Shown here piece after piece: positions 1 to 11,998 of a stretch of 34,803 nucleotides of DNA. Below the pieces are notes generated by a model. The model was not told the origin of the DNA. It saw only the letters and a program-made list of their open reading frames with translations, and did no database searches. Source of the stretch: Priapulus caudatus (Eukaryota). Each line of letters begins with the position of its first letter. The first letter of the stretch is position 1. A program made the position numbers and the translations under genes. The stretch lies in the NCBI RefSeq assembly GCF_000485595.1, contig NW_014577090.1, positions 340,180 through 374,982 of the forward strand, in the 5' to 3' direction.

Positions 1-387
1 GAACATCCCACGCACGTTTCTTGAATGCCAACTAAAGTTTGGCCGTACCCTGCTTTTATCATTATGTTAGCAAGCATACATTAAGACAATGATACAAGTA
101 GAAGCGCTCTGGATAGTCACCAAGTCACAGTGTGTTCACATGTACGCGATCGTCAGAGACCACGGAGGTATTCTTACCCCCCCAAAAAAAAAATTCTCCT
201 TGAATTTACACTGATCTCAGAAATTGTCTCTGGAGTTCTAAAATGGCCTGAAATCCGCCGAACAGCGGAAATGTCTCATGCCTGTCAGAAGTAAAGGTTA
301 GTCTTAACGTTATTGTCAACGTCAACTTTTTCTCATTACAGCATTGTTGTTAGAGTTTACTCGTTCCGAAATACGGGGGCTACTCAC

Positions 388-485
388 GTGAGAGTACTTG
401 CAGCTTTGTGTTGATGGCTTTCAGCGTCTCGTCATCGTCCCCATCCTGGTGCAGCAGCACCAGCTGCCTCACGTGGTTGCGCACA
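388..485 (-). CDS. PDS5: PDS5 coding exon 12 ([14 protein letters not shown]...KLQVLS)
   Basis: tggcAG acceptor, GTGAGT donor, 98 nt, in frame with the previous exon. Confidence 0.88.
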
Positions 486-3400
486 CTGCCAACACACAAC
501 CAACATGCAGACGCATTACACAACTAATAACGCTACTCGCGCAAATGCACTCCCGACCACCGCCACTACACGCTGCTTACCATTCACAATCCCCTAATTG
601 GCGAGTCGGAAGAGATCCGACCAACCTCGACTCTGTTTAAGACATCATTTCGAACAGAGATCAGAAAGAACACGACTAGCAAAAAAATAACCTACTATTA
701 AACATACCACGCTAACAACAGACATACCTGTGGTCAACCCTACAGAACCGTCACCCGTCTGCAAAGGACACTTTTTAGGAGCTTGGGCATATCCCACGAG
801 TGACCTTGCAGACAGATTTGAATGCAAATCGACTCAACCGCTACCGGACGGAATTAGAATACAGAATAGCGAACTGTGCGTCGCTGTGCCGCCGGCTGGT
901 TGAGCGAACGCTGCCGTCCCCCCCCCCCACCACCCCGCCGCCGCACGCGCGCGAACTCACATGTTCTGGCACTTGAACAGCTCGTTAATGGCCTTGACTG
1001 CGTGGTCGTCGACGGTCGCGTAGAGCTGGTAGAGGCGCTTCATGCGCTCGGACGTGTCGAGCGAGTACGGCACGAGACACGTGTGCAGGATCTTCTCAAC
1101 CAACAACCTGAAACGACGACGACGACGTGCGACGTGACAACAGCGACGACGGTGACGACGGTGATGTGGGTGATGATGGTGACGGGGTGACTATGACGAC
1201 GGTGACAGGGGTGACGACGGTGATGTGGGTGATGATGGTGACGGGGGTGACTATGACGACGGTGACAGAGGTGACGACAGTGACAGGGGTGACGATGGTG
1301 ACGGGGNNNNNNNNNNNNNNNNNNNNNNNNNNNNNNNNNNNNNNNNNNNNNNNNNNNNNNNNNNNNNNNNNNNNNNNNNNNNNNNNNNNNNNNNNNNNNN
1401 NNNNNNNNNNNNNNNNNNNNNNNNNNNNNNNNNNNNNNNNNNNNNNNNNNNNNNNNNNNNNNNNNNNNNNNNNNNNNNNNNNNNNNNNNNNNNNNNNNNN
1501 NNNNNNNNNNNNNNNNNNNNNNNNNNNNNNNNNNNNNNNNNNNNNNNNNNNNNNNNNNNNNNNNNNNNNNNNNNNNNNNNNNNNNNNNNNNNNNNNNNNN
1601 NNNNNNNNNNNNNNNNNNNNNNNNNNNNNNNNNNNNNNNNNNNNNNNNNNNNNNNNNNNNNNNNNNNNNNNNNNNNNNNNNNNNNNNNNNNNNNNNNNNN
1701 NNNNNNNNNNNNNNNNNNNNNNNNNNNNNNNNNNNNNNNNNNNNNNNNNNNNNNNNNNNNNNNNNNNNNNNNNNNNNNNNNNNNNNNNNNNNNNNNNNNN
1801 NNNNNNNNNNNNNNNNNNNNNNNNNNNNNNNNNNNNNNNNNNNNNNNNNNNNNNNNNNNNNNNNNNNNNNNNNNNNNNNNNNNNNNNNNNNNNNNNNNNN
1901 NNNNNNNNNNNNNNNNNNNNNNNNNNNNNNNNNNNNNNNNNNNNNNNNNNNNNNNNNNNNNNNNNNNNNNNNNNNNNNNNNNNNNNNNNNNNNNNNNNNN
2001 NNNNNNNNNNNNNNNNNNNNNNNNNNNNNNNNNNNNNNNNNNNNNNNNNNNNNNNNNNNNNNNNNNNNNNNNNNNNNNNNNNNNNNNNNNNNNNNNNNNN
2101 NNNNNNNNNNNNNNNNNNNNNNNNNNNNNNNNNNNNNNNNNNNNNNNNNNNNNNNNNNNNNNNNNNNNNNNNNNNNNNNNNNGGTGACGACGGTGATGTG
2201 GGTGATGATGGTGACGGGGTGACTATGACGACGGTGACAGAGGTGACGACAGTGACAGGGGTGACGACGGTGATGTGAGTGATGGTGACAGGGGTGACGA
2301 CGGTGATGTGGGTGATGATGGTGACGGGGGTGACTATGACGACAGTGACAGGGGTGACGACGGTGATGTGGGTGATGATGGTGACGGGGGTGACTATGAC
2401 GACGGTGACAGGGGTGACGACGGTGATGTGGGTGATGATGGTTCGCGAACACATCTACCAGATGGCGTACCTGTCTTCCAGGTTCTGTTGGTAGTACACG
2501 TGCATGACCTTGTTACGGATCCACGCGAATCGCTCCGTGTCGTTCGCGCTGATGGAGGGAAACACCATGATCTTCTTGTAGACCTGAGCCAGTCCCATCA
2601 ACGCTTCTCTCCTGATCTTGAACTGATAACACGAACGAACCGCGTGAGTCCAATCGTCACACGCACACTTCAGACAACGCGTCGACACTGACAGGATCTG
2701 GGCAAAGTCGGTCACGGTCGGATGGCAGAAACAGAGATATGAACAGATCGTAGGTTCGCTGAAGAGACACAGTGGTTCTTTAGCATCGATTCGGTTATTA
2801 CTGCTGGTAGAGACGCAGATAGGGGAAGACTCACAGATGGAAATAGATAAGAATACACAAGGGGAGGATCACCAAGAGGTTGATGAAGAGATGAAGATGG
2901 ATAGAAATCATGCACGTACGCACATACAAACAAATGGACAAACATACACAGACACACACTCAAAGGTGCATATATATGCACATGTATGCACAAACCCATA
3001 ATACCTCCCCCCGCCCCCCACACACACACCAACACACACGCACGCACGCACACAGGTACGCATGCACGCACGCACGCTTACAGGCACGCACGCACACAAG
3101 CACGCACCTTCTTATCGAGAGTCCTCTCCTTGACATAGTCTAGTATCTCCTCGTTTCTCAGCACAATATCAAGCTCCTTCTTGGCAGCAGAGACAATCGC
3201 CATGACGACCTCATATCGTACGTTCTCCTCAGGGTCATGGCATCTCATCTTCAGTTGCTCTGCAGCGATAAAACGAGGACGCTACAGTACACTCATCGAT
3301 GCGATTACTTTACAAAAAAATCTCGCCTTTTGCATTATATACATCACGCGCAACTCAGTACACACTATGGGGAACAAAAACTACTGTATACGCAATATTT

Positions 3401-6400
3401 TTCGCGTACAGCTATTTTCGCGAATTCAGACTTGACAGACAATTTCGCGAGTGGTTAATTTTGCGGTCGGTGAATTATTAATTATTCGGTATTATTCGGT
3501 ATGAATTATTCGAGGTCGGGGACGCGTTCGCGAAATTCAAACCACCGCAAAATATACAGCGTATACAGTAATCCAAAACCCCACCATGTGTGTTTCTGGG
3601 AAATTACTTGTTACACAAGAAACACAATCATATATAGCCATATATGGATGACGCGGGAGCAGACCATCAACTTAATAAACAGACATAGGCAGTTATGCGA
3701 TGCTTAGGACACCTACCAGACACGTCCTTTGCAAGTTTCGGTTGGTTCACGAGAAAATGCATTGCGTACTGTACGCATCTAGTCCTCACTGTCACGTTGA
3801 CATCGTTGAACCTGCGGCAAAGTAGCACATACTGCTATTCCTTCCTGCAGAAGGGTTACACAACAAAACTATCCCAATGCCTACTAGAAGAGTTACTTTA
3901 TTCTTACTCATAGTAGTAGTACCATGCAATACAATAACATAGAAATGTTAGTAGAGTAAGCAGTTTTGAGAAATCTATATCGAGGATGACCAAATATTAA
4001 AACACAGCATGCTTTGATAAACGATCGGAAGTGCTATACAAAGTAGTACGACAGGCAATTCGCTTAAGATTTAATCCCCTACTCAGGTATCATTCGACTC
4101 ATATACACTGCTCGAACGTGGGAAATTGGATAGGTACTTACCTGCCGATGAAACTAGTCCATAGGATCGGGTGTGTGAGTGCCAGGTCGGAATCCTTATC
4201 CGAAAACATACGCGCGAGCAGACGAGTCACCTGAATTCGCTCCCCATCCTCGTTGCTCTGCAGAGAAGTTAACGCGTGTGTTTCAACATCGCGACAGTGC
4301 ATGCACACAGAGCACAGGCGAGGTTCGTGCGACACTTACCGACTGCACAGGATAGGTATAGCACGTGCAATGCTAACCAACACGCTCATACGCACGTAAC
4401 AGAACACCAACTTATCGTGAATGCACTGAATTACTACGAATTCTACGCATGTCAATCGTGCCTAACATTCACGTACGTACACCCCCCATTAACAAAACCG
4501 AGCCCGAGGGTCCCTGCTCGAATCACAAGACTCGGCGAATCATTACAAATGCTACGCTAAATTAATTATCAGCCGCTTACACCCAACCGCTGACCAGACG
4601 TATCCTCTCACCTTGAGTTTGAATTCGAGCTGGGGCAGAACGGAGATGAGTACGGACGGTACGATGATGTTCAGTTCGTAGATGAGATCGTAAACGTACT
4701 TGCCGACCTCGCTCTCCGCGCCCTTGTTCATCATCAGCGTGTTGTTGAAGAACTGTTAGCAACAAACGTCAACACTCGTCGTCACCATCATCATAGACCA
4801 AGACAACGCATACTCGGGCCAGTACATTTCAGAACTAGCTTCACCACGTTTCAAAAAGGTTTCGGTGCAAGTTTTGCAAGTTTTATCCCATTTCAAAAGT
4901 TTCAGCACAGGTTTCGCAAGTTTAACCATGTTTGAAAAGTTTCAGCACAGATTTCCCCTACTTTCATCACAAGTCTCACAAAATTCAGCAGAAGTCTCAT
5001 CACATGTTACAGAAGTTTCATCACAAGTCTGACGAGTTTCACCACCGGTCTCAAAAGTTTCAAGGAAGTACTTACAGCTTGTATGTACGGCTCGATGGCA
5101 TTCGACGTTCGCTTCAGAAGATCTCTCGCCAACTCATACGAATACTTACTATGTGTCTGCAAAAAACGACAACATTCAAGATCATCCCAGGTAATAAAAA
5201 AAAAATTTTTTTATGTTTTCGTACACTCCTAATTTATTGTTCAGCAGCAGTAGCACATGTGTTTACAATTTATCAGACCTTCCAAATTTATTAGACATCG
5301 TATGTGGATTAAGCTGCTTCAGTGGCTACCTTTCTAGGTTCACAGGCGTTGATCAGTATGGTGTCCAGCAGCTCCTGGGAGACAGCATCCGACTCTGTCA
5401 CGACAGGGGTCATCATGTCCAACATAAAGTTCTTCACTTTGGCCGAATGCAGCTCGCTACAAACATGGAACGACAACCGTGAGAAAAACTGTGAGCTAAA
5501 ACATATATATATATATATATACTATATTATATTATTATTATATATTATATTATATATTTATATTATTATATGACATTTCAAATAACAAAGCTTTCATTTT
5601 ATCCTATTTAGGAAATCATCGTTCAAGTGAAAAGAAATGATAACCCCTCAAAGAAACACGACTGCTTCCAACTACATATCCTAATTAGCTCTCCCACATC
5701 CATATTTAGAACCGCTCAAAATAAAAACCACAGGTGGCACCCCGCAGCGGACGAAACCTACTTCACGATTCCGAACATCAGGCGGAACAGCTTGCAGAAA
5801 ATCTCCTGGTTGTCTTCCAGTTCGATGCAGATGTTGAAGGACTTCACCCAGGCGAGGTTCTCGAGTAGATAGAAGTAGCGCTTGAACGCTGGATCCTTGG
5901 GGTCCTCTAACCCTCGTAGTTGCTCAATCAGGAACAGGAACAGCATCTGTTCAAAAAATCAATCGGATATCAATACACATCACTGCGCTACGTACCTGCA
6001 ACGCGTGCCAGAGTACAACAACACTCTGTAGGGATGCAAGTGTTTGTATGTAGTAACAAGAGTTCGCCCCCAGGAATTTCAGAAGACATGGGGGCCAGGG
6101 AGGGGGGGATACAATCAATACGTTTCATAAGGGACCCCGTCACCCCAATACACAGGTAAACTGGATCAGTTCAAAGACATACATATATTAACATTCGAAA
6201 ACACACCATGAGTGTGTTGGGATGGTCAAACAAAATCACAGCTGGAAATTAAGGCATGTCAGGAGATTTCAGGAGATTAAGGCATGTCGCAAATTAGGTT
6301 CTGCTTTGATGGCATGTCAGACCCCCCCCCCTCGACACACGGTTAAGGCCTGGGGAGAATCCTGAGTAATGCCAGGTACCACGTATTCTAAACTATATTA

Positions 6401-7514
6401 ATTTATGCCACTGATAATACGAATGTATGTGTTTCTGTGCTTCGCACATCTTAACTGCTACTGTCCCATTATTACAATTTACACGTGTACATGAATCAAC
6501 CAGTAATTTATGTTGTGCTGCGCACACAGTTATCCAGAATAGGCAAGTGCATAGTGTGTATGCATGTGTGAGATAATTACTGTGGTATACTCAGTGGGCC
6601 TGAAATAAATCAAGTTGGTATTCATTACATTTCACCCTGAGAAGGCAGTAGCAGAACCAGGACGATACAGCCAAACCCACTATCTCTAATCCACAATACA
6701 CAATAACTACCATTTTCGCTGAAATGGACCAGTGGATACAGGACTGCATACGGCCAAAAGGCACAGCCACATGTGCATTAATGACAATATTATATGGTGC
6801 TGTTGCAGGGAAGACAACCTTAATCCAACACAAAGGGGGAGAACTCTCTGCAGATATGTGGTGTTCGAACGTTTCTACGCTGTTTTGAGGGTCAGGATTA
6901 GGGTCTGAAATCGACAGCAGATGGACTTGGCAGAGAACAACTGCCAGCATTTGCAAGAAAAAGACACGCTTCGCTAAAACATCGTACAAATGACTATAAT
7001 TACACCAAACGTTTAGGCATTGTCCACATTTACTATAAAAAGCATTTTTGCAAAATCTAACAGTGCTCAGCAGCTCACCTTTAGCTGTCCGGATTCTTTG
7101 TAGGGTGCCTCGGGCGCGAACACGCGGAACACGTCGGCGATGCAGCAGCCGACGAGCAGACGAACATCCTTGTTGTCATGTTCCAGGAACGCGTCACCCG
7201 CCAGGTGCACCGCAAGGTCCGAATACTCGCTGTTGTCCGTCTGGTCCATGTCTTGGAACGCACGTGCACATTGCTGTAATAACGACATCGCGACGCACGT
7301 CAGGTACCGGCAGTCGATCCATGTTTTTAGGACTGGTGACCTCTAGTGATAGACATTACGATAGCAATGTGTGATGCCAAAAATAGCATTGCAGCGTGTT
7401 TATGTTTACCTTTAAGCGGCGTATCAGCTCATCAGTACTCATGTTTTCCTCCACTTCCTTGCATCCTGGAGGGTAGTTTATTCTCAAAGGTTTCTTGGAA
7501 GCTGCCTTTGGCAT
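388..7514 (-). CDS. PDS5: Sister chromatid cohesion protein PDS5 (PDS5A/B homolog), 5' part; 12 coding exons, gene continues beyond left edge
   Basis: join(7410-7514,7079-7273,5762-5946,5330-5456,5076-5156,4612-4752,4142-4257,3717-3811,3108-3259,2471-2622,961-1107,388-485). All introns are GT-AG and phases are consistent. The peptide has recognisable PDS5 motifs: [84 protein letters not shown]. Confidence 0.96.
961..1107 (-). CDS. PDS5: PDS5 coding exon 11 ([16 protein letters not shown]...ELFKCQN)
   Basis: tttcAG acceptor, GTGAGT donor, 147 nt. Confidence 0.93.
1113..2441 (+). repeat. Intronic minisatellite, ~60-bp unit built from GGTGAC/GAT subunits; interrupted by N gap 1307-2182
   Basis: Rows starting 2281, 2341 and 2401 align at a 60-bp period; the same repeat is on both sides of the gap. 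Confidence 0.92.
2471..2622 (-). CDS. PDS5: PDS5 coding exon 10 ([13 protein letters not shown]...NLEDR)
   Basis: tatcAG acceptor, GTACGC donor, 152 nt. Confidence 0.95.
3019..3107 (+). repeat. (CA)n/(CACG)n microsatellite
   Basis: Directly visible. Confidence 0.8.
3108..3259 (-). CDS. PDS5: PDS5 coding exon 9 ([19 protein letters not shown]...KERTLDKK)
   Basis: ctgcAG acceptor, GTGCGT donor, 152 nt. Confidence 0.95.
3382..3570. mobile_element. MITE with TA TSD (Tc1/mariner-type ends)
   Basis: TA-CTGTATACGC ... GCGTATACAG-TA, with repeated internal TTCGCGAA-like motifs. Confidence 0.75.
3717..3811 (-). CDS. PDS5: PDS5 coding exon 8 ([31 protein letters not shown])
   Basis: ccgcAG acceptor, GTAGGT donor, 95 nt. 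Confidence 0.93.
4142..4257 (-). CDS. PDS5: PDS5 coding exon 7 ([19 protein letters not shown]...FIGR)
   Basis: ctgcAG acceptor, GTAAGT donor, 116 nt. Confidence 0.95.
4612..4752 (-). CDS. PDS5: PDS5 coding exon 6 (FFNNTLMM...LPQLEFKLK)
   Basis: taacAG acceptor, GTGAGA donor, 141 nt. Confidence 0.95.
4845..5062 (+). repeat. Degenerate short tandem repeat (aagtttca-cac type, ~21 bp)
   Basis: Recurring aagtttc/aagtctc and catcac/cagcac motifs. Confidence 0.55.
5076..5156 (-). CDS. PDS5: PDS5 coding exon 5 ([27 protein letters not shown])
   Basis: ttttgcAG acceptor, GTAAGT donor, 81 nt. Confidence 0.93.
5330..5456 (-). CDS. PDS5: PDS5 coding exon 4 ([16 protein letters not shown]...EPRK)
   Basis: ttgtAG acceptor, GTAGCC donor, 127 nt, restores frame. 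Confidence 0.93.
5503..5571 (+). repeat. (TA)n/(TAT)n low-complexity repeat
   Basis: Directly visible. Confidence 0.8.
5762..5946 (-). CDS. PDS5: PDS5 coding exon 3 ([10 protein letters not shown]...FGIV)
   Basis: gaacAG acceptor, GTAGGT donor, 185 nt, phase 2. Confidence 0.95.
6057..6364. mobile_element. MITE-like element in a PDS5 intron
   Basis: Imperfect TIRs caagagttcgcccccagg / cctggggagaatcctg; AGTAA on both flanks; internal ggcatgtc repeats. Confidence 0.55.
7079..7273 (-). CDS. PDS5: PDS5 coding exon 2 (QCARAFQDM...SGQLK)
   Basis: ttacAG acceptor, GTGAG donor, 195 nt, PDS5 motif [22 protein letters not shown]. Confidence 0.95.
7410..7514 (-). CDS. PDS5: PDS5 coding exon 1 (MPKAASKK...IRRLK); the exon includes 5'UTR up to 7537
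   Basis: ATG at 7514; acceptor ttgtttgttcTAG at 7538-7539; donor GTAAAC at 7409; 105 nt. Confidence 0.9.
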
Positions 7515-7910
7515 TTTGTAAGGTTTTACAGCATCACCTAGAACAAACAAAATAACACAAATTAGAAGAACTCAGATTCTAAAACTAATTCATTTTAACT
7601 TTTAAGTAAAACTACATAAAACGCACATGATATTGTCGTATAATAAAATACAGCAATTTTCGTGGTCTTTTTACTGTCTTTTAATCTTTTAATGTTAAAA
7701 TTAGTTGAAAGGTTCGAAATTAAGGGCAGCAAGCAACAGTTTTGCTGCCTACAAGGGTCAGTTTGCTGCCTGCTTGCTGCCAAGAAATTCATAATAAAAG
7801 ACTAAAGTAAAAACACCAAAGTTACATGCAAAATTTTTCTATTGAAAACAATGGCCAGTTCTTCAGGGTTGGTTTATTAATTCGTGCTGGTTCTACACTA
7901 CCGCCCGCAC

Positions 7911-9046
7911 CACAGGCACTTGAAGCGTTTCAATAAAATATAATGCTAACTAAATACGAAATCTATTTACTACCAAATTCAATGTTTCTATACTCTCTTT
8001 CACCTATTATTGCCGACAGTTTCCTGTAAATTCCGTCCAAATCCTACGTGCAACCATATACGCTGCTTGAGGCCATTGCTCTCGCGGCTCCAGTGTTGCA
8101 CGCTTACACTTATATATATATATATATAGCAGGTAGGAAAGCAGGATCGCAAAATTCGCTCGACGCTCGCTTGATTTCACACTTTTACAGCACGAATACA
8201 CATCCAACAGCTGCCATCTTTGTTTCTATGTCAAGAACAGTGTTCACTTGTTATAAAAGCATACTGTCTCTGTTCGTAACCGAGCTGTGTCACGCGAAAT
8301 CACACAAAGACTGACAAAATTCTCGCGTACGCGAACCTTGCCCAGTAATCTAAATGGCTGCAAGTACAGGGCTATATAGACTGGGACTCGCTCCCACCTC
8401 GATTACCCATCGAGTGACTAAGCTAAGCCGAGAGGTGGGAGCGAGTGCCAGTCTATGAGCTATAGGCGGCGCGCAGGCGGCGCACTGCTTTCCAACTCCC
8501 GTACGAGCCTCGTCATTGGAACGTTGCAAAAACGTTGCAGCGTTGCGGCGCAAGAATGAGGTCACAAAGAGCGCCGGTAGGCGTTTCCTGATTCTGACAG
8601 CCATTTACATTACTGGGCAAGGTTCGTGAACGTGAGAATTTCGTCATTCTTTGTGTGATTTCGCGTGACACAGCTCGGTTACGAACAGAGACAGTATGTT
8701 TTTATAACAAGTGAACACTGTTCTTGACATAGAAACAAAGATGGAAGATGTTGGATGTGTATTCGTGCTGTGAAAGTGTGAAATCAAGCGAGCGTCGAGC
8801 GAATTTAGGGATCCCGCTTTCCTACCTGCTATATATATATGTGTCCGTGTGCACACTGCAGCCGCGTGAGGAATGGCGGCAGTCAGTGTTTGTTGCACAT
8901 AGGATTTGGATGGAATTTACAGAAAACTGTCGGCAATAATAGGTGAAAGATAGTATAGAAACATTAAGAATTTGGTAGTAAATACTGTAAATAGATTTCG
9001 TATTTAGTTAGCATTATATTTTATTGAAACGCTTCAAGTGCCTGTG
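7911..9046. mobile_element. Non-autonomous foldback DNA transposon with ~450-bp TIRs
   Basis: 7911-8360 is the reverse complement of 8598-9046; termini CACAGG...CCTGTG; 8-bp TSD gcccgcac (7903-7910) / gcccgctc (9047-9054). Confidence 0.88.
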
Positions 9047-9796
9047 GCCCGCTCCTCATTTCACGTGCAACTTGGGCAAAGCCTACTTGCCTATATTTAG
9101 AGTGAAAAAATGAAGGGAAACGGGGATAGGAGTCCAAACCGGCTTCCTTATGACGAACAGAGGCAATAAGAAATAATTGTTGGGGCTGGAGGGAGTGAAA
9201 CTACTAGATGGTTTTCTCAAGTTTCTACCTGGGCGAGTTAGTTTGCTGCCTGCTTTTTTCTCTGGCAGCAAATAATTGTTGCCTAGTAAAAAAAAGTTCA
9301 ATTCTAACCCCAACCTCTCAATTAAAAAGTTGCTATTAAGTTCCTGAAAATGCAACAGTAAGGGTCAGGACCACTTCGTAAATAGTATACATGTAAGACT
9401 TGGCTTTAAGAAGGCACAGTGATTCTCAATGAAAAATACATTCTTGAACACTTACTAAATATTGTTTTTAGATGACTAAATTTATATAAGTCTCTCTAGT
9501 TCATTTTTGATAAATAAAGTGGATGTGTGCTACTACTACTACACATTAGATTCGCTCTAAACGTGTACTGAATAGCATACTAAGAAAACATGCGATGGAT
9601 ACACAAAGTATGTCACACATGCAGGAGTGTGTCATTTTCCCTATAGGAGAGAAACAGGTTAGAACATGTGTAATCAGGTATGCAAGAGGATAGGGGCTAA
9701 CCATAGTGACCAATCAGCTGGCTTGTACTGTTGGTATAACCATTGAATGAAACAATGCAAGTATACAAATAAGAAAATCAAAAAACATGTAAACAA

Positions 9797-10961
9797 CACA
9801 AGTGCCGCGGAGCGACAGCGCTCATCTAACGTCTACTGCGGTGACTCTGTGGTGGAGTGGTGGGATTCTAGTAAACCCTGTTAGTGTTAGTCCCAAATGT
9901 CACATACACGCCGAAACAGTGGAAGGCACAGGGATGGTATCAGGAACCTTCTCAAAGGAATGTTCGTTGGGATTGTTATGAAAGTTGCCACGAGATGCGC
10001 GTACGTTTAAGTGTCTTCAGATTAAAGATGGAAGCTCCCATCGTACGTAGTAGCAACAACTATTTGCAAGACAGAATAGGTAAGCACTCATCCATTTACC
10101 TACGCAAGCCTACAGGCCGAAATAGAGAGCTGCCACCTGTAACCAATTAATGCAGGCAAAAACTACACAGTACCACCACCACATGCACTGGCAGTGGCAT
10201 ACGTTACACGTAACACACTGACAGTACAGAATGCCATAGAAATTATACGATTTAATGAGCATAAACCTTCTTCAACCAAATTTAGCTTTTGAAATTTCAC
10301 TGTGACATTGTAGCCTCATTATCATACATCCAGGCATGTATAGATTCTACTAGCAAACCCGGCAGTCAAATTCTTTCTAACAGTAAACAAATCCATGTTT
10401 AACCCGCCTCTTGAGGGTCAAACGGTTATCCGACACTTACTCTTCGCATGTCAGCAGAAAGTACATTTCATGGTCCTTTCAATAGAAGCTATCAAACAAT
10501 GCTAGTCACTGCTGAAACAAAAAAGTTTTTCAAAATCGCTCCGCAGACCATGTCCTCAGAAAATGTCTAAAATCTGCCACTGTGGCCCATTGACCTTTGA
10601 CCTCCAATTTCGCACAGTGATGCTTTTTCCTAACCATGATGCTAATACCACCGACTATCACGAGCCTAAGGTCGAGGCCGTTTCAGATTTTGTGGCGCAA
10701 TTCTGCATTTCCTCCCTATACCTTAAGTCTTAAGGAGGGAATGTTCCCCCTTCTTTTACACTCTGACTTTGACCCCCGCTTCGACATCCAACTCGTTTTT
10801 CAGATTACCCCCCCACGTTCCCGGTAATGTCGTGACCGTACGTCGAGCGGGATGATTAAGATTTGTGGCTCCAAACTGGTTGACGGACGGACGAACGGAC
10901 GCGACGGACAGACCGGCAGTATGCGATTCTACAAGCTGCATTGACTACGTCAGATTGATAA
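9797..10961 (+). mobile_element. HINE/DINE-1-like (Helentron-derived) non-autonomous element; boundaries approximate
   Basis: ACAAG start in A-rich context, TGACCTTTGACC motif (~10591), (GACG/GGAC)n microsatellite at 10882-10915, short terminal hairpin tgactacgtca followed by ataaa. Confidence 0.5.
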
Positions 10962-11998
10962 ACACGCAGGGTTACGAAATTTGCTGAAAATCTAGTGGGA
11001 CCAGCAGGACCACCAACTTGCAGGAAGTTGGTGTCCTGCACAAAAAGTTGTGGTCCGCTTATTTACTAGCAGTATGTCAACAAAATAGGTATACAATAAA
11101 ACAAGCCGATGTGGAGTCATTAACACATACATTGTAACTTAGAGTTGTCAGATATATATCTCCAAGCTCTATGGAATGTCGGGGAGAGCGTGTGGGAAAG
11201 GTTTTACTTCGTTTTCCTCCTCCCAGTCCACGTACTCTATGAATCGATCAATGATTATGCTGGCTGCCCCATCCGTAATGTTACAAGTGACCTATAGAAC
11301 TTGATACCAGTTTACATTGCTTCTAGATATTCTAAGCTGAATAAAAATAGTCCAACTTTCTGCGTTAGAGAAAAAGTGAACGAATTCATTAACACTTTGA
11401 TTACGTGAGTGTCAGGTGTCAACTGGTTCGTGCCTCAACTCCACAACGATAACCCCTGCGACACTATGAACTTATTGTTATGCGGCAATAAAACGCACTG
11501 GGTCTGCCCGCAAGTCGATTTGCTAGAGTCCTTCAAATCGATCAAATCGTTGAATGCGTTCGAAATCGACGCGAGGTTTTGTTCTTGTGTGCGAATCATG
11601 CATTGAGGAGTTTCATGCCCTGCCCTAAGATCGTTTTGGATACCCCGTCTACGCCAGAACGCGCGGGTATTTGAATGCGTCCGTTTACAAGTCTGTCAGT
11701 ATCTAAACCATCCCGTTGCAATAATCCTAAGTAATCAGTAGTATCATGTGCTTGCCCACTACAACGCAGAAAAGCTGGCAGGCCTGCAGAGTCTATACTC
11801 TCCTAAAAAGCTGCAGCCCCGCCAAGAAAAGCTGTAGGCCCGGCCAAAATTTTGGAGCAAATCAGTAATAAAACAGCATATCAGGGTTCTTCCTTGTGTT
11901 TATTAGTCATTAACTCAATGTCCATAATCATAATCCCCAAAGGTTGTCCCAAAAAGCTTTTTTTCATTATTAGCAGGGGTGCTGCTACGAGTGCTAGG

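Noticed and set aside
1040..2454. Long His-rich, Thr/Val-rich and Asp/Gly-rich ORFs
   Set aside because: Translations of an intronic minisatellite and N gap; the flanking PDS5 exons splice across it in frame
6591..6989. 132-aa minus-strand ORF
   Set aside because: Lies within a PDS5 intron, has no recognisable motif, and the neighbouring exons join in frame without it
8007..8939. Mirror-image ORF pairs (…FVTELCHAKSHK; …DVYSCC…)
   Set aside because: They arise from the two arms of the inverted repeat; no transposase/THAP motif, and frames differ between arms
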